A DNA stretch of 34,191 nt from Malacoraja senta (Eukaryota). Numbering within the stretch: the first letter of the stretch is position 1; every line of letters begins with the position of its first letter. Made by a program: the position numbers and the translations under genes. The notes below the pieces were generated by a model, which saw only the letters and a program-made list of their open reading frames with translations, searched no databases and was not told the DNA's origin. This document shows, one piece after another, positions 1 to 9,094 of this stretch. Where the stretch lies: contig JAXLNO010000106.1 in the NCBI GenBank assembly GCA_038087875.1, positions 64,001 through 98,191 of the forward strand, given 5' to 3'.

Positions 1-230
1 ACCTTGTCGAAAGCCTTCTGAAAGTCCAGATATAACACATCCACTGGTTCTCCTTTATCCACTCTACTAGTTACATCCTCGAAAAATTCTATAAGATTCG
101 TCAGACATGATTTAACTTTCATAAATCCATGCTGACTTTGTCCAATGATTTCACCATTTTCCAAATGTGCTGCTATCCCATCTTTAATAACTGACTCTTG
201 CAGTTTCCCCATTACCGATGTTAGACTAAC
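1..230 (-). mobile_element. CR1 LINE RT fragment (continues beyond window start)
   Basis: Reverse strand reads SLTSVMGKLQESVIKDGIAAHLENGEIIGQSQHGF...LDFQKAFDK, near-identical to the CR1 at ~10950-11180. Confidence 0.9.
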
Positions 231-337
231 ATCACCGATGTTGGGAAATGCTGTGCCTACTGTTGGAACCCTCGACACTGACTCCAAGCTCATCCCTTCA
301 CACTGCTCTTAGGTGATGCTGGTTAATGCACAAATGG

Positions 338-445
338 ACAAAGTGCTGGTGTAACTCAGCATGTCAGGCAGTATGACATAAAAAGCTGTTGTAACTCAGC
401 GGGATAGGCAGCATCTCTGGAGAGAAGGAATGGGTGATGTTTCGG
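338..445 (-). repeat. Tandem partial copies of the short Penelope-type/hammerhead-associated repeat
   Basis: Two gtaactcagc...ggcag units plus ggcagcatctctggagagaaggaatgggtgatgtttcgg; the reverse complement resembles the element at 26914-27006. Confidence 0.7.
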
Positions 446-486
446 TGACACTGCAGTCAGGTGCGCAATCTGCCCTATAATATCTG

Positions 487-712
487 AGTCATAGAGCCAT
501 ATAGCATGGAAACAGTCCTTCAGCCCAGCTCATCTATGACAACCAAATGCCCATCAACTTTAGTCCAATGTGACCCATATTCCTCTCAACATTTCCTATA
601 CATGTAGCTGTCCAAACGTCTTTTATATGTTGTTATAGTACCAGCCTCAACCACTTCCTCGAGCGGTTCATTCCATATATGTATAACCTTCGGTGTGAAT
701 GAGTTCCCCTAT
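487..712 (-). mobile_element. Degenerate CR1 3' end
   Basis: atagcatggaaacagtccttcagccc...cctcaaccacttcctc...ttccatat is the reverse of the CR1 3' region seen in other copies. Confidence 0.65.
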
Positions 713-1034
713 TACCGGGTAAGGTGTGTACATGAGACATCAAAGTGGACGGAGCTCAAGGAAAATGTAAAATAGATCATTGTTAGCTTGGGGAAGGTGG
801 CAACGAAGCATACAAAGATAAAATTGAATCAGGAAGATAGTCAGACTGGTCGGAAACTAGGATGGGGAGGGATGGTCTTGATTCCCCGACCGTTGAGAAA
901 AGTGTGTTGATTTATCATTTCTACATGATTTTATACATTTCTATAAAATTGCCCCCAGTCTCCTGCCTTCCAAGGAATAAAGTTCAAGCATGTTCGACCT
1001 CACCCTGGAACGCAGGGTTAGAACATAGAATTAG

Positions 1035-1672
1035 GGTTCTAGTCCATAGATTACAAAAAGTGGTAACACAAGTATAGAATTGTAAAGAAGGCATATGATA
1101 TGCTTGCCTTAATTGGTCAGGGCATTGAGTATAAGAGTCAGAAACCTTGTAGCTTTATAAAACTTTGGAGTATTGTTGCAGTTCTGGTCACCTCATTGAG
1201 GGATACAGAGCTTTGGAAAGTGTGTTAAAGAGGTTTATCAGAATGTTTCCTGCAAGAAACTATTGGCTACAAGGAGAGGATGGACACACTTGGATTGTTT
1301 TCCCTGAAACATTGGAGGTTGATAGAAGTATTTAAGATTATGAGAGGCACAGATAGGGAGACAATCAGAGCCTTTTTCCCAGGATGGAAATGTCAATGAC
1401 CAGAAGGCATAGTTTTGAGATCAGAGGGCAAAAATTTAAAGAGATATGCGGGGCAAGTTTGAAAAAAAACCAAAGATGGGTACCTGAAACACACAGTCAG
1501 GGGTGGTGGTGGAAGCAGACACGACTGTCCTTTTGATAAACACATGGATATACAGATAATAGAGGGAGATGGATCACGTGAAGGCAGCAGAGATATGTTT
1601 ATCTTGGCATCATGTTCAGCATGAACATTGTGGGCAGAAGGGCCTATTCCTGTGTTGTACTGTTCTATATTC
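1035..1672 (+). mobile_element. Degenerate CR1 3' fragment
   Basis: Decayed KKAYDMLALIGQGIEYKS / LEYC..FWSP motifs; ends in gggcagaagggcctattcctgtgttgtactgttcta tail. Confidence 0.8.
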
Positions 1673-2195
1673 TGTTCATAAATATGAGTCCGTCTCTGCC
1701 CCAGTGATCATCAGGTCCACAGTTACTGCTCGCCACTCAGTGAAACAAATAACGAGGTATTTTTATCCATGGAAAGACAAACAGTTAACATTTGAAGTCA
1801 ACGACCCTTCTTCACAACTCTTTCCACTGATGCTGCCTGACCTGCCGAATGTTCCTACATTTTCTATTGTTATTTCCAGCTTTTTCAGTTTTTCTGTTCT
1901 AATTTTCTGTCTCGAATAAGCCAACTAACTGTGAAAAAGACCAAATTCAAACCAGTAAATTTGTTAAACATTAAGAGCAAAACAAGAAAGAAGTTGTAAA
2001 ACCTGTAAAATTTCCCACACACCAAGATCCCTGGTTTTGCACTCTGTAATGTCAGCGCTAATTACATTGTGCATTAGCAATTGCTAACAGTACCTCATCT
2101 CTCCAGCAATGATCGTACCTTCACTCTCCCCCTCCAATACTGACGGTACTTCCTCCTCTCACCCCTCTCACAGCAGTGTTGGCTAATCTATTATT

Positions 2196-2300
2196 TCTGA
2201 AGAAGAGTCTGAAGAACTGTCTCGACCCAAATCGTCACCTATTCCTTTTCTCGAGAGATGCTGTCTGACCTGCTTACTCCAGCTTTTTGTGTCTATCTTC
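2196..2300 (+). repeat. Degenerate hammerhead-motif short repeat
   Basis: gtctgaagaactgtctcgacccaaatcgtcacctattcc...gatgctgtctgacctgcttactccagctttttgtgtc, collinear with 26914-27006. Confidence 0.75.
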
Positions 2301-2429
2301 TATTGTTCAACAATTTATTTAATGATTTTGCCAATACACATGGTAGTTACATTTTTAAGATGACAGGAAATAGAAATCATCACACTCACTCACCACATCA
2401 GATCAACTGCAAAACAGAACTATCACAGA

Positions 2430-2710
2430 GTATTGCTTCTCGGGGGCCTGTGACTAATGGTGTGCCTCGGGGTTTGGTGCTGGGCCCGTTACTGTTTGTC
2501 ATCTATAGCAACGGATGAGAACGTATATGGCAAGAATAGCAAATTTGCAGATGATACGAAAGGGGGTGGTATTGCAGATAGTGCAGATGGTTGTAAAAAA
2601 GTGCAGCAAGATCTTGATCATTTGGCCAGGTGGGCTGTGTTTCATTTTGGGAAATCTAACATGGGCAGGACCTATATGGTGAATGGTAGGGCTCTTGAGA
2701 GTGTTGTGGA
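2430..2710 (+). mobile_element. CR1 RT internal fragment
   Basis: VTNGVPRGLVLGPLLF and SKFADDTKGGG motifs, separated by a frameshift. Confidence 0.85.
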
Positions 2711-2767
2711 AGGAGGGGGAAAGAAAAATCATCAGCAGCAGAAACAATGGTTGCTGTCAAGGTGATT

Positions 2768-3615
2768 AAAAAAAAATATTTAAGGACAAAGGACATTTAT
2801 TGTCACATACACCAATTGGTGCAGTGAAATTTGACTTGCCATGCAGCACACAAATAAAGATTACATTAAAGAATTTAACAATAAACATAAAAAACATCCC
2901 CCCACAATGGTTCCCACTGTGGGGGAAGGCAGCAAAGTCCAGTCCCATCCCCAGTTCACCCATAGTCGGGGCCCATTGAGGCCTCTGCAGTCACCGATAC
3001 GGCAGCCCGATGCCTCAGGCCCTCTCGCCGGATGGTGGAATTCTGGCGTCGGGTGAACACTCTCAGCGGCCCGGAGTGTCTGAAGCGGCCGCTTCCTCCC
3101 AGGAGGCCGCGGCTCCCGAAGTCCACGAGCCGCGCTGGTCGATGCTCCGACTCTGGCGACCTCGTCGTGAGATCCCAGGCTCCGCGGTGTTTCAAGCTCA
3201 GCGCCGCCCGCGGCTGGAAGCTCCACAGACCACAGACCGCAGACGACAGACCGCAGCTCTGCGATGCTGGTGCCGGCTGTCACAGCACTCCGAAGCTTGC
3301 TACACGGCGACCCGGGTAAGGCATCGCCCGCTCCGCGATGGTGCTTCAGCGCTGTGCCGCCGCCGAAGCTGAAGTCCTGGCCGGTCCCGGCAGGAAAACG
3401 CCACTCCAGTCTGCCCGTAGGCCGTGAGGAAGGGGCGAAGATACGGCTCGGAGAAAAGCCACAACTCCGACCAGGTAGGTACTGAGAAAATAGTTCCCTC
3501 CCCCCACATAAAAAGACTAAAAGACCTCCAAAACAAACACTTTTAACTCACTAAAATTTTAAAAAGGGTGAAAAGACTAACCTGCTGGCAGGGCAGCCAT
3601 ACTCGACGGCGCCCC
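2768..3615 (-). mobile_element. Non-autonomous GC/CpG-rich retroelement with Rex1-like 3' tail
   Basis: Flanked by near-duplicate aggtgatt (2760-2767) / aggtggatt (3616-3624); tail tttattgtcacat..caccaatt..gcagtgaaat shared with 17775-18145; 5' layout similar to 15180-15360; no credible protein. Confidence 0.6.
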
Positions 3616-3639
3616 AGGTGGATTTTACTGACGTTTACA

Positions 3640-3960
3640 AATCCTGGGTTTTTTTAACAGTGGAAATGGTTGCTCTCTGACCTATGACACTGTTCTCTAA
3701 TCCAATGTTCTGCACCGTTTAGAAACTATTCTGCCCTGACCTGTTAACATCCAAGGAAAATAACTTTTTAGTGGCCAGCCTTAAAAACCCCATTTGCATC
3801 ACTTTACAATCTCTTTTTGTGACTTTTTGTTATATCCACCTTGTTACAATACCATCTAGCTTCATGTCAATGGCAAACTTGTTTATGTACTTTGGATTCG
3901 TAGGCCGAGCACAGTTCCTTGCAGGATAGACACCATAAGGCACACCCGGCCAACTTGAGC
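3640..3960 (-). mobile_element. Highly decayed CR1 RT remnant
   Basis: Reverse strand caaggaactgtgctcggcc (QGTVLG) and aacaagtttgccattgacatgaagctagatggt (decayed KFADDTKLGG). Confidence 0.55.
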
Positions 3961-4033
3961 GTCTGTAGATTGGCTTTACTCTCTTTCTCTTGTCACCAAG
4001 TTAATCGTCCACCCTGGTCAATAATATGCATAA

Positions 4034-4716
4034 TCGTTTCCTGCATAAAACGTTATAAATTTTGGAGTGATATTTTTGAAATATTTACAAAATTATTCAA
4101 GATAAGAATGGAACCTAATACTGAAATGATTATATTTGGAGTAATGGAAGATGGGAATAAATTGAACATCTCAAATTTTTTTTTAAAATTATGATTTAAT
4201 AATAGCAAAAAAACTAATACTTAAATTTTGGAAAAAGACACCAATACCAACGCTTAAAATGTGGATCACAAGCATGTTGGACACCGCACATCTTGAGGAA
4301 ATGCGATTCCTCCTAATAGATAAATCAGACCAATTCTTAACAAGTTGGTCTCCATTTGTCGTCTTTTTGGAATCATATTGTGCAACAGAATTGTAGAAGC
4401 TAACTGTTTCAGGACTGGGCGAGGGATGGTCAAGATTATAAATAATGATCTCCATATTTTTATTTTTTATTTTTTACTCTCTTTTTTCTATTTTCTTTTC
4501 TTCAACTTTCTACTTTCACTTTTTTTTTCACACACTATATATCTCACGTTTTTCTATCCTTTATTATCTAATTTCTTTTTCTTATTCTTCTTTATTATAA
4601 TAAAATAAAAATAAGAAGCTGTACATAAAATGTATTATGTCAATATATATTAGGCACTTTGATGCCATTTGATTGTACTTACTTCTAATAAAATAAAAAT
4701 ATTTAAAAAAATAAAT
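4034..4716 (+). mobile_element. 5'-truncated L1-clade LINE 3' end with A-rich tail
   Basis: FWSDIF...IIFG...AKKLILKFWKK..PTLKMW...WSPF (L1-type ORF2 C-terminus), T-rich 3'UTR, AATAAA/A-rich tail, perfect 14-bp TSD aataatatgcataa at 4020-4033 and 4717-4730. Confidence 0.85.
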
Positions 4717-4765
4717 AATAATATGCATAAAATTCCTTGAGCTTTACCCGTTGGAATTTACTTAC

Positions 4766-4776
4766 CTTCTGGAATC
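4766..4776 (-). CDS. Putative 11-nt micro-exon (G-F-Q-K) following the TM exon
   Basis: Minus strand actttgtgtgtcag|GATTCCAGAAG|gtaagt: consensus donor, and phase-compatible with the exon ending at 5060. Confidence 0.5.
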
Positions 4777-5059
4777 CTGACACACAAAGTCAACCATTAT
4801 ATAATCTATCTACCTATATTGGGATAAAATGTGCTACAAATAGCCAACAATTCTGAATGGAATAACTGACATTCAACCATTAAAGTCTAAACCGGCAGCA
4901 TGTTTCCGTGCTCCAGGCTGTGGGGTTGAGGACTGTGAATGCTGGCGGTCCAGGTGAAGCAGCTCACAGTTCACTGACTGCGACATTCATAGCATTCCAA
5001 TCATCCTGCCGAGTACTGTTCACGATTAACCAAAGAATAAACAATCATTGTGCTTGTAC

Positions 5060-5149
5060 CTTTGAACACAATCCAGCCAATGAGGGCAATGAGGATGACG
5101 ACCAGAGACACGATGCTACACATTTTCAGGATCCACCACCATTTGTTTT
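5060..5149 (-). CDS. Transmembrane-helix exon of an unidentified membrane protein: (x)NKWWWILKMCSIVSLVVILIALIGWIVFK(G)
   Basis: Acceptor ttcatttctctacaccaatccag|, donor AAG|gtacaa, 90 nt, phase 1-1, open frame with ~20 hydrophobic residues bounded by W/K, in non-repetitive sequence. Confidence 0.7.
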
Positions 5150-5668
5150 CTGGATTGGTGTAGAGAAATGAATAACAACATTAAAACTGTTTGAAAACAG
5201 ATCGTCGCAAATGCTTCAACACAAACGTTAACAGAAAGCGTTTCAAGTAACAGATGGATCGGGAACTGGTCAGGTTGGTTGTGATATTCGATCTCCTGAA
5301 CACGCAACATTCCATTCAGCTCAGGAACAGACCAGGCATCAGAGCACTGGAGGCTCAGTGAGCTCAGCCACACTGGCAGTGGGTGGAGGTCCCAGGGGAG
5401 ACTGAAGTTGCACATTTGATTACTTTGATTATCTTTTATCTGCAGGCTATGCAGTTGGAAATGACAGCGACACTGCAGTTTTCCCATGTACATGTCGAGT
5501 GATTGAGATAAGAACTCATGGTAAATCAGCCCTGCTGTGTTATTCTAGTGATCAATAACTATTCCCAGTTTAACGTGAGGGGAAAGAGTTAAAAGGGATC
5601 TGTGGAGCAACTCTCTCACAGAGTGGGTGCTGGGTATTTGGAATGAATACCAGAAGTATGCCATAATT

Positions 5669-5965
5669 GGGGCGGCACATTGTCTCAGAGGTAGAGATGC
5701 TGCCTTACAGCACCAGAGACTATGTGTGTTTTCTGTATGGAGTTTGTACGTTCTCCCCGTAACTGCGTGGGTTTCCCTCGGGTGCCCTGGTTTCCTCCCA
5801 CACCCCAAAGACGTGCAGGTTTGTAGGTTAATTGGCTTCGGTAAAAATTGTAAATTGTCCTCAGTGTGTAGGATCGTGCTAATGTATGGGGTTCGCAGGT
5901 CGGCACTGACTCAGTCAGCCGAAGGGCCTGTTTCCGTGCTGTATCTCTAAACTACACAAAAAAAA
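5669..5965 (+). mobile_element. HE1/V-SINE-like tRNA-derived SINE (B-box region lost), inserted in a decayed CR1 3' piece
   Basis: ggggcggcac..ggtagag..gctgccttacagc head, core ggtttcctcccacaccccaaagacgtgcagg, LINE-like tail gccgaagggcctgtttccgtgctgtatc plus A tract. Confidence 0.85.
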
Positions 5966-6866
5966 GTAGTTGGGCAGGTACAATAAAACATTCAAAAGAC
6001 ACTGCTGTTTTTGTGGCGGTATGCACATGTATGGCATATTGGCACCTTGACAAAGTAAATAAGAATATTTTACGATTTTTTAAATGACAACAATGTTACT
6101 AAAGTTTTAAAAGTTACAATTATTCATTAAAATAGGCACTGGCCATTACACAGCTTCTAGGATGGTGATCTGCCAGAAACACCAACAGCAAGGAATAATA
6201 GGCAAGCCACCCTTTGTGAATAAAAGCACACGGTACATGGATAGCAAAGTTCCAGCAGGATATGGGTCAAACAAAGCAAATGGGATGAGTTTAGATGGAC
6301 ATCTTGCTTGGCATGGACAAGTTGAGCTGAGGGACTTGTTTCCAAGCTGTGTGACCGACTCTACTCTGAATACCCATGAACTATGCAAGTGTTTGAGCAT
6401 TTAATGGTGGATGAAGGTAGAGGCTGGCCAGGGGATCACTGTTATCAAGTGCACCACGTCCAAGGAATCCATCACTCCCAGATCTAAGAGACACCTGTCC
6501 TTCAACTGGTGTCTTAAATTCATTTAGCCTGTTCCTCTTAGGGACATCATTTATTCTTTAACCGCTTTTTATCCTCTCCAAAAACTGAGCTTCACAGTGT
6601 CCAACCCAACTACAATAATGACACACCACATCAGGGTTACAAATTACCTTTGTGACCTCACCTGCAGTAACCTTCTCCTTCTAAACTCATCCACACACCA
6701 TGATATGGGTGGCCCACTCTCCTCCATCAAGGTATCTTCAATGCAAATGCACAGAAGGAGGGAGCTTGTTCCATTGTGTCCAAATCGGCCAACAATGCAG
6801 CTTGGGACAATCCCATTTCCCAGTCTCTGTCCATGGCCTCAAAGATCACAGCTCTCTGCGGTCACC

Positions 6867-7536
6867 ATGTAGGTACAGCAGGCAGTGAAGAAAGCGAATG
6901 GCATGTAACAAGAGGAGTCGAGTATAGGAGCAAAGAGGTCCTTCTGCAGTTGTACAGGGCCCTGGGGAGACCATACCTGGAGTATTGTGTGCAGTTTTGG
7001 TCCCCTAATTTGAGGAAGGACATTCTTACTATTGAGGGAGTGCAGCGTAGGTTTACAAGGTTAATTCCCGGGATGGCGGGGCAGTCATATGCTGAGAGAA
7101 TGGAATGGCTGGGCTTGTACACTCTGGAGTTTAGAAGGATGAGAGGGAATCTTATTGAAACATATAAGATTGTTAAGGGTTTGGACACGCTGGAGGAAGG
7201 AAACATATTCCCGATGTTGGGGGGAGTCCAGAACCAGGGGCCACCGTTTAAGAATAAGGGGTAAGCCATTTAGAACGGAGACAAGGAAACACTTTTTCTC
7301 ACAGAGAGTTGTGAGTCTGTGGAATTCTCTGCGTAAGAGGGCGGTGGAGGCCAGTTCTCTGAATACTTTCAAGAGAGAGCTAGATAGGGCTCTTAAAGAT
7401 AGTGGAGTCAGGGGATATGGGAAGAAGGCAGGAACGGGGTACTGATTGGGGATGATCAGCCATGATCACATTGAATGGCGGTGCTGGCTCGAAGGGCCGA
7501 ATGGGCGACTGCTGCATGTATTGTCTATTGTATATT
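6867..7536 (+). mobile_element. 5'-truncated CR1 LINE
   Basis: [19 protein letters not shown]...GYGKKAGTGY*, conserved 3'UTR, tattgtc-type tail, TSD gtcacc at 6861-6866 and 7537-7542. Confidence 0.93.
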
Positions 7537-7689
7537 GTCACCCAGGTACTTTAAATCGAGGTTTGATTTTCTGACTCCACCTTCCTTTTCTAGACCCCAA
7601 TATTCATTGACTTATTTCAATCAGTAAGGAATGGAGGAGAGTTGAGTTGCTTTTGTACTCAATGTCCCTGAGTTATTGTTCCCCCTTGG

Positions 7690-8480
7690 AGGAAATAGGT
7701 CCATCCCATTTCATCCCTTCGAGACCTTTTATAATCCTATATACCTCAATCTTTTTTGATTTAAAAAAAACTCCAGCTGAATCGGTCTCGTCTCATATAT
7801 ACAATTTTTCAATTTTGGCAACATTCTCGGAAATTTCCTCTGCACCTCATCTTGTGTAACCAGAGTCATGACCAGAACTGCCCACATCACTCCAGCTGTG
7901 GCCCAATTAATCTAATATACAGTTTTACATGATGGTCCGGGTCTTGTATTCTGCACTTTGGCCAATGGAAGTAAACCATATGGCTTCTTAACTGCTTTAT
8001 CCACTCTTTTTGCTGCCTTCTGGGATTCGTGGGCATGCATTCTTGAACTCTTGAATAGAGCAGCTCCTCTACTCTTCTTAGTCACCTTGTGTGCATTCCT
8101 TGTATTCCTGGGGCAAAGATATCCAGTATCCCCTTCACATTCCCCTTGATGAAATTGCATTTGTCACGATTCTGCATGTAAACAAGACCTTGATATCTTC
8201 CTGTATTCAGAATTTCCTTCATCAATTCAGTCACTGTTATTTTTGGGGTCATCAGAAATCATCTTAATTTTAATTCTTCAACAAGTCTAAATCATTCATA
8301 TATACCATGAGAAGAAGCTCATATAGAATTTGAATCGCAATGTATATAACTCTCCAGTCACCAATCTCCCATTGATCTTCACATCTTGCTTTCTCCTTCT
8401 GAGCCAATTTGTAATCCTTCACTTCAATGCTAATTGCTTCAACTTTGCTTGACCAATGTAGGAGTTTGTCAAATGCCTTC
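7690..8480 (-). mobile_element. Old degenerate CR1
   Basis: Reverse strand FRKAFDKL, VYMNDLD, RVDKAVKKPYG and ctggagtgatgtgggcagttctggtca remnants. Confidence 0.7.
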
Positions 8481-8491
8481 CTAAAATAACC

Positions 8492-8630
8492 ATTTCGGGA
8501 CAAGACCCTGCATCAGTCCTGATGCAGTTTCCCAATTCAAAATGTTGACTTGCACCTTTTCCCTCCACAGCTTGATTCGCTGTGTTCTTCCAGCATTGTC
8601 TTTGATTCTAGATATCAGCATCAGCAATTT
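8492..8630. repeat. Back-to-back inverted pair of decayed hammerhead-motif repeats
   Basis: Inverted repeat ctgcatcag-tc-ctgatgcag (8508-8527); minus arm ctgatgcagggtcttgtcccgaaatg; plus arm followed by the shared ...ttcttccagcatt tail. Confidence 0.6.
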
Positions 8631-9078
8631 GTGATGTTTTCTTCCCCGAATAGTGGTAGCTGTAATTGTGCCTACTATTTGCTTTAATTATAGTCTGAAA
8701 AAGTTATTCTCAGAGTGATCTGGCAAGAAGTCCTTGAATTAAGCAACAATATTGAGCAATATTCTGATGGCATGGTTTATAACCTGTTCAGGGCCTGCAG
8801 TAAAAGCATGGGATTGAGAGGTGCTGGAGTAAAATTGAATTGCAAACCTTTAAGAGAAATTGCCACCAGGCCTATAGAAGGGACCACCTCCCCATCTACC
8901 ACCTCCAAATCACAGTCAGAGGCTAAGAAGGAATTGAGTAATCCCATCCACCTGCTGCTAGGTGTGAGTGACACGCTGAACCATGTCCAGGGAAAGGGGA
9001 AAGTTTGTTCTGCTCTCTTGTTTTGTTAATGTGTCACTGGAGTTTATGCTCAAGTACAAATTAAACAATAATAATTAC

Positions 9079-9087
9079 CTGGAAATC
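9079..9087 (-). pseudogene. Stranded 3' remainder (GATTTCCAG plus donor gtaatt) of the exon at 13134-13048
   Basis: Removing the L2 and one ctttcca copy joins TGGAAAG to GATTTCCAG|gtaatt, giving a 96-nt phase 1-1 exon. Confidence 0.65.
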
Positions 9088-9094
9088 CTTTCCA

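Noticed and set aside
2841..3536. Overlapping GC-rich ORFs / CpG-island promoter
   Set aside because: Lie inside a TSD-bounded repeat with relatives in the window; no recognisable domain.
3890..3962. Cys-rich exon candidate on the minus strand
   Set aside because: Better explained as a decayed CR1 RT (QGTVLG / KFA.D.KL.G remnants); purine-rich acceptor.
5116..5493. 125-aa minus-strand ORF
   Set aside because: No recognisable motif; runs through the polypyrimidine tract and overlaps the TM exon in a different frame.
6645..6735. Minus-strand donors (cag|gtgagg, aag|gtaatt) suggesting another exon
   Set aside because: No convincing acceptor or meaningful peptide.
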